From the NCBI RefSeq assembly GCF_040938485.1, contig NW_027272677.1:62001-126000 (forward strand): a DNA stretch of 64,000 nt, in the 5' to 3' direction. This document shows, in pieces, positions 49,001 to 56,994 of the stretch (positions are counted from its first letter, which is position 1; each line of letters starts with the position of its first letter). This DNA comes from Diadema antillarum (Eukaryota). The notes under the pieces were generated by a model that saw nothing but the letters and a program-made list of their open reading frames with translations, did no database searches and was not told where the DNA came from. A program made the translations under genes and the position numbers.

Positions 49001-51636
49001 AATGAACATCATGCCTGAAAAGTGTTGTATGTGCAATAAAAATAGCACTGGTCAAAAGTGTGATGGTACAAGATTTCACACGAGGTAAAAGATACAGGCT
49101 CTGTATTAAACGAGGCAGAGTTGAGTTGAATAGTGTGCCTCATCTTTCACCAGTGCGAAGTCTCGATTCCATTGCACAAGTAAAGACCATATACTCTGTA
49201 CGCTATTTGTTATGTACAACACCTCAGATGTCAACAGATATGGTACACAATCCCATAATCTATTTTTCCCCTCTCTCATTACAATACCAATTTATGATGA
49301 AAATATGTATTTATGAGCCCAGTTTGCGGATTCAATTTTTTTTCTGAATTGATTACAAAACAATATTTTTTTTTTTAATGTACATGTACACTCTTTATTA
49401 TGTACTACAACATCCGTACCTTCTGCTGGATGGATATAACTTTAAGGTAATAGAACTGAATGACTGTCTAAGATTATACTACAGCATTTTTATGAAAATT
49501 ACCAAAAATCAAAATATCATTACTATCGTACATTGTACATGTAATTATGTTACGCATGTTATAACAGGGATGAATTGGCATCAGGATCATTATCACCAGT
49601 TGCTAAAATTTGGCTGCAATGATAACAGTGTGTAACTGTACATCTTAAGAACACAAAATGGCACTACGCAAAGCCGCAACCCAGGGTATGACGGTACCCT
49701 AGGATAATGGTGTGCTGAATCATAGCACAAATTAACCCCCCCCCCCCCCCCCAAAAAAAAAAAAAAAAAAAAAATTGAGGTATAAACCTCCATCACCTGC
49801 ACATTTCTGAACAGTTGCACTCAGATAGACAGTGCTTCATCAGAGAATATCATTTGACACAAGTTACATGATAACAGAAGTAATTCCTTGTTTTTGATAG
49901 TGGAGCTTAAAATCAATATCACATAAGAATCTTAGTATGGCTGAAAGTGGGAACTTGTGGAGGAAATAAAAGAAGTTTACTTGAATACGCTAGACTAAGA
50001 CTAGCTGACTAAAAGATGACTTCAGATGAATGCTTTATTGCACAATGTACTTGAAAAAAAATCTGATCCAAGTTCAAGGTGAAGGTAGATCATCATGATC
50101 ATAAGATAAACCAAACTTCTTCTGAAGATGTTGACCATCGCGGTGAATGCTATAACGATAAGGGAACAAATTAATCACTTGTCTCGCGAAGATTTTCTTT
50201 GCGAGACAAGTGATTAATTTGTTCCTCTATCGTCATAAACCAAACTTGTTTGAAAAAAAAAAAACCACACCCTTACAACCAACACAAACCAAGAAAGAAA
50301 CATCAATCACCGCAGACTGAGGGGACATCCTGATAATGCTGGATACTTTCCAGAATGATTGGCTAAATAAATGTACATTGTCTGTGAAGCACTGTCATTT
50401 CCATAACATTGAGTAATACATGTACTTGCCAGACACGGTCTAATTATAGTACTGTAGGTTTCTTTAGATTGTAAGGTATCATAATGTAGGCAAACTGTAT
50501 AGAATGTGATGTGACACTTGTAAGCTCATTTTTGCAAATACATGTATATTGAATATAACATTCATATCATTGGATTCCACATACACTGGATTTTTATAAG
50601 TCTGCAAAGGGTTTTTGGAAAGGCATCCTCGTCCAAGGATTCACATTGCTAAGCTTTATTTGTGCACCCTTTGCTAGCAGAGGTAGTTTCTATCAAATTA
50701 AAGCTGGATCATGAAGCAAACTCTTGTTAGAAGTCATCACAATGGTAACTAAGTGAAAAACAGTCAATTATAAAGTGTATGAATTTCTCCATCCTGCTGT
50801 TCTCTAGTTGAGTTGTTAGTCCATCTTCCGACTTCCTTGATCTGTTCAGCATCACAACATTTAGACATTCCTACCTGCAACATTTGGTTTAGATCCAGCT
50901 ACACATAGAGTAGATTCCTGATAGTACAGATGTAGTGGGTACATGCATCTACGTACATGTAAAATTTGACATTGCAGTCCTCAAATGCTGTCCTTGCAAA
51001 TCATTATCATCATTCTACCTCATCACTCGTGTTTTGTGACCCTTGGACTTCACTACATCACATGACATCAGAAAAAGTCACCTAACGTTACATGTGATAG
51101 TACCACATACCAGGTCTCTGACACAGACTCTGTCAAAAGCAAATAAAACTTAAATTGATAAAAACTCAAGGGATGAAGAGTTTAGGGACAGATGTGCAAA
51201 ACAGCAGTTTGAGAGCAAATTTTTTCACATAACAATGACATTACACAAAGTCAGCTTCACAGGAGCTAGCAATGACTACTGCACTGTGACCTGGCTGGAG
51301 CTAGGATCACACACACTGCATGTCTATGAAGACAAAGTGATCCCTCTCAAGGTCTCCAGCTCTACAGAATGACTTTTATGGGTGTCAAAAGCAAAACCAG
51401 TGAACAATACAACCACTCACAGCTATCATATTTAGTCACAGTCAGTAATGATATGCAATGATATAATATTTGCAACCACAGGCAAATTCTTGTGGCCTCC
51501 ACTGCACTGCACTGGGAATATTGGAGACCTTTTCAGCCACTACTCACTCACTGATCATGCTTACCTTCCGCAAGGCATTCACAAACAAGCCCCTCCATTT
51601 CTTGTAGTCTTCCGATTCGAAGTCGACGGTGGCCAT
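334..51636 (-). CDS. SOS: Son of sevenless Ras guanine nucleotide exchange factor; 21 coding exons in window, 3' end outside window (whole-gene span)
   Basis: Spliced translation matches SOS1 domain by domain ([18 protein letters not shown]; [10 protein letters not shown]; [14 protein letters not shown]; ERHIFLFD; TLERMLD; LIERLTYH; [15 protein letters not shown]; [12 protein letters not shown]). Intron phases are consistent throughout, apart from one extra base in each of exons 5 and 6. Confidence 0.97.
1096..1185 (-). CDS. SOS: SOS exon 20, CDC25 domain ([30 protein letters not shown])
   Basis: CAG acceptor, GTAAGG donor, 90 nt. Confidence 0.96.
1443..1636. mobile_element. MITE-like element with a degenerate TTAGGG-like core
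   Basis: 22-bp inverted repeats ACATTTGCTCCTGCAACAATTG / CAATTGTAGCAGGAGCAAATGT (1 mismatch). Confidence 0.6.
1806..2002. mobile_element. MITE-like element with a telomere-like (TTAGGG variant) core
   Basis: Inverted repeats GGGCAATTACCCC (twice on the left) / GGGGTAATTGCCC flank about 110 bp of TTAGGG/TTAGGA hexamers. Confidence 0.6.
2100..2255 (-). CDS. SOS: SOS exon 19, CDC25 domain ([33 protein letters not shown]...)
   Basis: CAG acceptor, GTGATT donor, 156 nt. Confidence 0.97.
2620..2721 (-). CDS. SOS: SOS exon 18 ([34 protein letters not shown])
   Basis: CAG acceptor, GTGAGC donor, 102 nt. Confidence 0.93.
3223..3382 (-). CDS. SOS: SOS exon 17 ([16 protein letters not shown]...[13 protein letters not shown])
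   Basis: CAG acceptor, GTAAGA donor, 160 nt. Confidence 0.97.
4064..4186 (-). CDS. SOS: SOS exon 16, REM domain ([12 protein letters not shown]...[15 protein letters not shown])
   Basis: Follows the AC acceptor; GTGGGA donor; 123 nt. Confidence 0.95.
4187..4996 (-). other. U12-type (minor spliceosome) AT-AC intron, SOS intron 15, 810 nt
   Basis: 5' splice site ATATCCTTT at 4996; branch site TTCCTTGAC at 4210-4202; 3' AC at 4188-4187; joining gives IK-R-FEIPDP in frame. Confidence 0.95.
4997..5209 (-). CDS. SOS: SOS exon 15, REM domain ([14 protein letters not shown]...LLSLLIK-R)
   Basis: CAG acceptor; ends at the ATATCCTT U12 donor; 213 nt. Confidence 0.95.
5501..5584 (-). CDS. SOS: SOS exon 14, PH-REM helical linker ([28 protein letters not shown])
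   Basis: CAG acceptor, GTAAGC donor, 84 nt. Confidence 0.96.
6142..6262 (-). CDS. SOS: SOS exon 13, PH domain (VKHAYEIV...[20 protein letters not shown])
   Basis: CAG acceptor, GTAATC donor, 121 nt. Confidence 0.95.
6370..6587. mobile_element. TA-flanked MITE (Tc1/mariner-like)
   Basis: Perfect inverted repeats TA|CTGTATAAGCTGTTA ... TAACAGCTTATACAG|TA; related elements at 46589-46753 and about 61620-61707. Confidence 0.75.
6757..6913 (-). CDS. SOS: SOS exon 12, PH domain ([18 protein letters not shown]...DRQDAE)
   Basis: CAG acceptor, GTAAGA donor, 157 nt. Confidence 0.96.
7986..8160 (-). CDS. SOS: SOS exon 11, DH-PH junction (ESSLRFH...[25 protein letters not shown]...KK)
   Basis: TAG acceptor, GTAGGT donor, 175 nt. 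Confidence 0.96.
8801..8877 (-). CDS. SOS: SOS exon 10 ([26 protein letters not shown])
   Basis: CAG acceptor, GTGAGT donor, 77 nt, ends in phase 2. Confidence 0.88.
9570..9620 (-). CDS. SOS: SOS exon 9 ([17 protein letters not shown])
   Basis: CAG acceptor, GTGAGT donor, 51 nt; aligns to SOS1 QLEEKSEDQEDKECLKQ. Confidence 0.85.
9978..10130. other. Assembly gap (153 N) next to a CAT/CAC low-complexity tract
   Basis: N run; the flanking SOS exons 8 and 9 join without missing protein. Confidence 0.99.
10879..10963. mobile_element. 85-bp piggyBac-like MITE
   Basis: TTAA|CCCGTTGAGGACG ... CGTCCTCAACAGG; second copy at 31856-31940. Confidence 0.7.
11349..11441 (-). CDS. SOS: SOS exon 8 ([31 protein letters not shown])
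   Basis: CAG acceptor, GTAAAG donor, 93 nt. Confidence 0.94.
12872..13839 (+). mobile_element. Helentron-associated (HINE/pearl-like) element with about 5 tandem 157-bp core repeats
   Basis: 5' hairpin ATTACGC/GCGTAAT; sub-terminal GTCCCCGCCG (12911) / CGGCGGGGAC (13825); GGAC/CA microsatellite; 3' hairpin. Confidence 0.7.
13881..13991 (-). CDS. SOS: SOS exon 7 ([15 protein letters not shown]...VSEYLQ)
   Basis: CAG acceptor, GTGAGG donor, 111 nt. Confidence 0.9.
16131..16281 (-). CDS. SOS: SOS exon 6, DH domain; contains one extra base near 16225
   Basis: CAG acceptor, GTGAGT donor; 151 nt (3n+1); [19 protein letters not shown] then [13 protein letters not shown]...GECFEEMAE in the shifted frame. 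Confidence 0.93.
16499..17062. mobile_element. Near-palindromic TTAA-flanked MITE (Kolobok-like)
   Basis: TTAA|AGGG...CCCT|TTAA with inverted arms of about 225 bp. Confidence 0.8.
17315..17700. mobile_element. Kolobok-like MITE, family copy 1
   Basis: TTAA|AGGGATGGTACAGTA...TATACTATCCCT|TTAA; near-identical to 54589-54966. Confidence 0.8.
17817..18039 (-). CDS. SOS: SOS exon 5, start of DH domain; contains one extra base near 17901
   Basis: CAG acceptor, GTACTG donor; 223 nt (3n+1); VLMEMFYQ...DLIMEE then [15 protein letters not shown] in the shifted frame. Confidence 0.93.
18474..18554 (-). CDS. SOS: SOS exon 4 ([27 protein letters not shown])
   Basis: CAG acceptor, GTGAGT donor, 81 nt. 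Confidence 0.96.
19441..19994. mobile_element. GC-rich MITE (Harbinger-like termini)
   Basis: 22-bp TIR GACCCCATTTACAGTGCGAGGC / GCCCCGCACTGTAAACAGGGTC (3 mismatches); many internal GGCC palindromes. Confidence 0.6.
21099..21484. mobile_element. Kolobok-like MITE, related diverged family
   Basis: TTAA|AGGGTGTGTACAGT...ACTGTATATTTCCT|TGAA; internal similarity to the 17315 copy (GGCTGAGATATCCAAAA). Confidence 0.7.
22639..23112. mobile_element. MITE with 16-bp TIR and an internal 38-bp tandem duplication
   Basis: TACCCCTTTCAGTAAC / GTTACTGAAAGGGGTA; GCTACCGTTCATAAACTCTTCGATCAGCGCCAGGCTTG twice. Confidence 0.65.
23179..23591. mobile_element. CAG-terminated MITE with 6-bp TSD
   Basis: TIR CAGAGACTCCAAC / GTTGGAGTCTCTG; ATTTTG on both flanks. 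Confidence 0.7.
23936..24135 (-). mobile_element. Truncated Kolobok-like MITE (same family as 17315)
   Basis: GTGGGACCCACACTTTATTACGAT...TACTGTACCATCCCT|TTAA is the reverse complement of the left half of the 17315 copy. Confidence 0.75.
24917..25000 (-). CDS. SOS: SOS exon 3 ([28 protein letters not shown])
   Basis: TAG acceptor, GTGAGA donor, 84 nt; not in ORF track, found by reading the reverse strand. Confidence 0.96.
31423..31976. mobile_element. Harbinger-like MITE containing a nested 85-bp piggyBac-like MITE (31856-31940)
   Basis: TIR GGTCAGACTGGCAAAAGATC / GATCTTTTGCCAGCCTGACC; repeated internal CCAGTGTGACC. Confidence 0.65.
32925..33667. mobile_element. MITE with perfect 18-bp TIR
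   Basis: GAGCGTGTTTCTACTGAG / CTCAGTAGAAACACGCTC; the motif recurs internally, with CCGGCCGAT tandem units. Confidence 0.7.
35103..35171 (+). pseudogene. Degenerate tRNA-like segment followed by a T-run
   Basis: TAGCGCATCCGACTCGTAATC-CTAAGGTCCCTGGTTCGATG-...CCTGCCA: anticodon-arm-like and T-loop (GGTTCGA) motifs; acceptor stem not formed. Confidence 0.35.
35661..35915. repeat. Diverged tandem duplication, period about 151 bp
   Basis: CCAAAGATG..TTTTCTAAATGAGA..CAGATGAAACCTGTATGGT occurs twice. Confidence 0.75.
36888..37145 (-). CDS. SOS: SOS exon 2, histone-fold domain (VQQQVHANL...VDKIHQLLR)
   Basis: CAG acceptor, GTGAGC donor, 258 nt, strong SOS1 similarity. Confidence 0.96.
37319..38698 (+). 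mobile_element. HINE/pearl-like element with TGACCT-rich core and (CGTA/CGGA)n microsatellite
   Basis: AACTAG start; GTCGC/GCGAC hairpin; ATGCCTCCGCCA (37345) / TGGCGGAGGCAT (38682); 3' hairpin and A-run. Confidence 0.75.
39177..40286. mobile_element. Harbinger-like MITE with a nested HINE-like insert (39405-39940)
   Basis: TIR AGGTGTGTCTTCATCAGCCC / GGGCTGATGAAGACACGCCT flanked by TTT; insert bounded by AACCAGGGAGGTGA / TCACCTCCCTGGTT with a 3' hairpin. Confidence 0.6.
40341..40528. mobile_element. pogo/Tigger-like MITE
   Basis: TA|CAGTGGAAA ... TTTCCACTG|TA. Confidence 0.65.
46029..46090. repeat. (CA)n microsatellite
   Basis: Long CA run; others near 3997-4031 and 41435-41460. Confidence 0.95.
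46589..46753. mobile_element. TA-flanked MITE
   Basis: TA|CTGTAAAAC ... GTTTTACAG|TA; TTCGCG motifs as in the 6370 element. Confidence 0.65.
51565..51636 (-). CDS. SOS: SOS coding exon 1 ([24 protein letters not shown])
   Basis: ATG in cagaaATGG context; 72 nt; donor GTAAGC; matches SOS1 N-terminus KWRGLLVPALKK. Confidence 0.92.
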
Positions 51637-52592
51637 TTCTGACTGGAGTTGGACGAGCTCCGCTCAGCTCAATCTACTCGAAAAATGTCCCAGACGATCA
51701 CACGCGTGTATCGATGCCCTACCACAGCTAACTGATTCTTGTAAACCTAACAAAACAATCGAACAATTTAGATAATCGCAGACTGTCCTCGCAAACAACG
51801 GGATGAGTTTTCGCATGGCATTCATGTCGCTGTGTTGATAACCTGCGAAGTTGTCAGTGCTAATCCACACTCGATCATTGTGAAAGACTAAACTCGACTC
51901 GTACACTAACAGCTCCGCTCTGCTTCTTCATGGGAAATTATCGCGAGAAATAGCTCAAAGCGAACTAATCTTGGCATAAATGTATGAGGTTGTTGTTTAA
52001 CCATCAACTGCAGGGAACGCTAGATTCAACGATTTTCAGTGGACTGTAAGGAACACAGAATTTAGGCTGGCTTCCATGGCTTCGTCAATGACAATTACTG
52101 TACGAGTCAAGTGAGAAACAATATCCAAGGCCTACACAATCCACTCACTATAAGCATACACACACTTTGTACACACGTACAATACGTACAACTGTACATA
52201 GAATGCGATTCCTTTGCCCAATGCATAGTGCACCCTCTTTCGTCCAGGCGCATGCGTGGATCTTGTGGCAGTGAGTTCCGCATTTTGGTCAGTGTGAGGT
52301 CGCTCTCATGAAAACACACTGCGGTGCTCTCAGTGTTTCTCACTCGGGACTATACGTCTCACAAAACCAGTTCAATTCTATTCAATTCATTTTTATTCCA
52401 CGTGCTGAAAAGAATACACAAATTCACATACACATATTGCACATCGCGTTTACAGAGAGAAAAGAAGAAGACAGAGACAAAAATATTATACATGCATAGC
52501 ACGTGAGGGAATCAGAAAGGGCAATTTTTTATTATGATGAGACCTAGTAACACGACCGATTCCCTTACAATGAACAGGATAGAAATCGCAAT

Positions 52593-52629
52593 CAATTCAA
52601 TTCAATTCAATTCAATTCAATTCAATTCA
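52593..52629. repeat. (CAATT)n microsatellite, possibly the tail of a minus-strand LINE
   Basis: Perfect pentamer run; similar runs near 52365, 56160 and 56995. Confidence 0.7.
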
Positions 52630-54588
52630 TTTGCTCAATTCCACCAAGAAAACAAATTACAGAAATTGTAATACCTCGGTATTGGGTGAAGACAAGAAAT
52701 CAATGATTACACAAACATGACAGATAGCTAAAAAGAATTAACATATACTAGCACATGAGGTGGAAAAGATAGGAGTCCTGCTGAGAAGCAAAGCTTGTAA
52801 ATTGCAGAAACTCCTATTTACAGATACAAAACAAAAAACACCAGATACACAAGACTGGAAAATTCAGCCTGAAAACTATGTACAATATATACATACAATA
52901 TGCGAAAATGAAATGATAATTGTGGGGGGGGGGAGAGAAAGCACACTAACGGATGTTAAAAGAGACAAAAAATGTATTTAAACAGAATAAGGGATTAAAT
53001 AATGGGACGGGAAAAAAATAACTTGGACTTGGACACACAGTTACAGGGACAAGAGTAAAGAGGGTGAAATAAAGGCAATGACTTACAAGATATCCAGTGC
53101 TTAACTAAGATGTAGCTCAGCATTAATCAATGAAAAAAAAAGTAAAACCAATAAAGCAGATTATATCAAAAAGCCTACATATATCTAATTATTCATAAAG
53201 ATGTGAATTTAACACTCAACCCTATTTAAAGATTACAATTTATGGAACTTTATCAACAGTGGAATCACATGTATGTATTCCCTCTGACAAATTTCAGAGT
53301 GTAAAAAATAGAAAATTAAAAAAAATATGCAGGTTCAAATTTCAATACACAGAAGCAAGGTCAAAATATTTGACACAAGTTGTATGTCACACAAATCTTT
53401 TGTACAGTAGGACCTCATATATATATACATTTGCAATAATAAGCGATAGCCCAAGAAGAGATAATTTTAGCAATTAAGTTTATTCGATGGTATGTTACTA
53501 TTTATAGACATCAAGTTGCAATTTTCTTAATTTCAATGAATATCATAAGTACAGACGACGCGTTGCGGCGTCGCGACGCCAGGGCATTTTGGGAGTGGGT
53601 TTGGGCGACACTGACATAGACATTGATGACAACGAACATTTTGCTCCCCTCCCCCTCCCTCCCCCACCCCCCTTTTTTTTTTTGGGGGGGGGTGCTTCTT
53701 TGCTTGTTTCAATTTCTCGAACAGTCCCTTTCTGTTGTGGAAATGATGAAAAGGATATAATACGGATTACACTATAATGAAGAATACAAGCACAACACTG
53801 CCTTTCATCTATATTTTTGACAAGTTTGGTTAAATCTTTAAAACTGATCGACCCCCAATGGCAATGAAAACATAACACAAGTTTTCTTACAGTATTAGGC
53901 TTACATAACGTCTCCCTTTTCCTTTCAGCAGATGCATAAATGACTTACTCATTATTGTATCGATCTTTTAGTCTTAATAGATAAATTACAATGTTACGGA
54001 ATGGGCTCCTACCGGGAAGTGCATTGTAATTATATAGTTTTAAAGTTATCTACTAGTATAGGTGATTGGCAGTTACATGTATCATACGTGTGTAGATTAA
54101 GGGGTGTGCGTCACCCGACACCCACGAGTCATACAGCCCCTGGAACTATAATTATCGGCTCCGTTAGTCATACAGTCATACAAATATGGCCCATGACTCG
54201 TCCCTGTGAGTCTTTTTGCTACGGTAGGACTCGTTGTCCTTGTTTTGTCTAGTGTCAGACCAAGGGAGATTCTTCCCACCTCCCTGGTCAGACTCATGGG
54301 CCTTCTTCCCACCTCCCTGGTCACACTCATGGGCCTTATTTGCCTAATGTCGAGCTCATGGGCTGTATGACTTGCGGACTTTTTTTTTTCAAGGTCGTAT
54401 AATGACTCGTGATGTGACCCCATTTTAAGTCGCAATATGAAAGTATCTTATTGTACCTCAAAGATCCAAACTTGGACTATTCCTTTTTTGGAGTTTTATT
54501 AATGATTTGCAGTAAAGCAGGTATTGTCTATGCTTATTTGCTGATGTTACCAGTTTTCTTATATCAGATGAAGATATTACGGTTTTAA

Positions 54589-54966
54589 AGGGATAGTACA
54601 GTATTGGTGGAGATGAAAATTGGGCTTTTAACTTTTTGCCAGATACCAAGAAAACACTTATGAAGTAGTACAGAGCATACCATTTTAGAAGGAATTTAAA
54701 GTTAATTTGATGAAAATCGGGTTTGGAATGACTGAAACATCCAAAAACAAAGTAAAATAAAGCGATCGTAATAAAGTGTGGGTCCCACATGCACTTATTA
54801 TCGCTCTGTTTTGGATATCTCAGCCATTTCAAAACCAATTTTCATCAAATAAACGTTGAATTCCTCGTGGGATTGCATGATCTTTCATATTTCATAAGGG
54901 GTTTTTCATTATCTCATAAATGTTAGAAACCTGAAATTAGTTCTCAACCAAAACTATACGATCCCT
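54589..54966. mobile_element. Kolobok-like MITE, family copy 2
   Basis: TTAA|AGGGATAGTACAGTA...TATACGATCCCT|TTAA. Confidence 0.8.
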
Positions 54967-56702
54967 TTAAGTGATGTTCTTTATCAATTCTGAAGGGGAA
55001 ATAGTTCCTTTATGGTCTATACGAGCTAATGAATTACAAATCAATTTGTCAAAAACTTGTTATATTGCATGATTTAGAGATTGATATGTACGGAAATGAC
55101 CCCGGAAATAACGTGAAATTAAAGATCAATGAAGTTTTGATAAGACAAGTGAAAAGTAGGTGACTGCTACACTGTTCTTTTCTTTGAGTGATAATTGACG
55201 AAAATTTGAAGCGGAAAGAGCACGTGGAATGTAATTGTAGGAAGGTGTCAAAATGTATTGGACTTAAGATGATATGAAGCATTTATTTCATGAAGATTTT
55301 AGGTGATTTGTATAATACTTTGAATATTTTATAATATGTAATGTATACCATGTAATCTGGCATGGGGTATGTGCAACTGATTTAGTGAAAAAAAAAATGT
55401 TTGTGCTACAAAAACGTGCAATTCTAACTAAATCTCATTATTTAGCTCATACACAAAAGTTTTGTTTGACGTTAAATTTATTGAATATATATGACATTCA
55501 TCAATTTCAAATTGCATTTTTATGTTTTCATATTCAAAAGATATTTTACCTGTAATATTTGGATTGATATTTTTATAAGTATAGTCACAGGGGCATCAAT
55601 ATATAAGTCATGAAACCCAATCCTGTAATATTTGATTTGATTTGATTTAATTTCTGTATTTTTACAAAGTAGGCCTAAATATTACGTAACAAACAACATT
55701 CTGTAAGTACCACAATTTTCTATAACTTCAATATTATATTCATGGGGCCAAAACCTTGGGATGCGTTCTATGTATCGTTTAAACAAAGTAAATCTATGGA
55801 TATTTTTCGAAGAAATTTTACATCATTTTTATTAAACTAGTCATATAGCCTGTGTTGTTATCCAAGAGCCTGTAATGTAAGCCCATTTTGTATCTAGTAA
55901 CCATAATAAGTCTGTGATGGACTCATTTATGTATATCTCATATTTCGAGTCTGTTATGTACTATTTTGTATTGATATATAACTGTTGTTTTATGGGTGAC
56001 TACGCCTTGACAGGTCAAGGGCCTTTGGTAGTTCCCCTACATCAGCTGCATTCATTGGGTTGTGCTTTGTCACTTTGTTTCTTTGTTTGTTTGCCATTGC
56101 CCTTGTTTATATGACGTTAGACTTTGTGATGTCATTTTTATATCTAAGATATGTCAAATTGATTTGAATCGAATCGAATTCAATTGAACTTTTGATTCAA
56201 GGGACCTCCTCAACCCGTAAAATATTTATCTACCGCGCTCTTGTGCAACGTTTACAAAAATCATCAACCTATTATAGGGCCTATCAAGTTCACCGTGATA
56301 TAGCAAAGTAGTACTGTAATTTGTAGAGTCATGAAAACTTTGATCTGTGTTGCTGACTATCCTGCTTAAATTTCCATCTCCACCACCATCTAACACACCA
56401 AAAATTTGTTTCTCCCTGTAATTAGAGCTGAAGCAAATCTACCTGGCGACACCATAATCACATCTGGTGTAACCTGGTGACTGGTTCCATTCAGTGAGCA
56501 TATATCATGAATAATGTAGTAGCTGGCCTGGCAAAAACCCGGCGCGCGCAACACGCGCATACTCGTTCAAAAACGCGTTCTTTCACATTCCTGAGATGTA
56601 ACATTTTGGTTAAACGCATTTCCCCCGTGCCCTTGTCGTTGACATTCACGTCTTGCATGTCTATGTTATGGAATGAGGACGCTTTGCTTCCCTAGCGAGC
56701 AT

Positions 56703-56994
56703 CTTCAAGTTGATCTGAAGTTGGACGACATCGAGCGCTCCCACAGGGTTGGCAACAGAAAGGAACATTCCCAACAAGGACAGTCCAAGAGGCATTATCA
56801 TCAAATTCAAGTCATACAGAAAGCGACAAGAGTTCATCTCAAAGCGACGTAAACTGAAAGGTCAGAAGATGGCAATTGTCGAAGATCACACCTCTCGAAA
56901 TCAAAAGCTGTTGAATGACACTCGGTCAAACACAAAAGTGGGCAAGGCGTGGAGCAAGGATGGACGTGAGTATGCACTGCTGAAAGGAAAAGAC
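56703..56994 (+). mobile_element. Frameshifted non-LTR retrotransposon ORF1p fragment
   Basis: LDDIERSHRVG, then in another frame PRGIIIKFKSY...RRKLKG...IVED...AWSKDG, the typical LINE ORF1 RRM/CTD pattern. Confidence 0.7.

Noticed and set aside
53543-53878. ORF as the SOS first exon or a separate gene
   Set aside because: The true N-terminus matches at 51565-51636; this ORF is built from homopolymer runs and has no homology I recognise.
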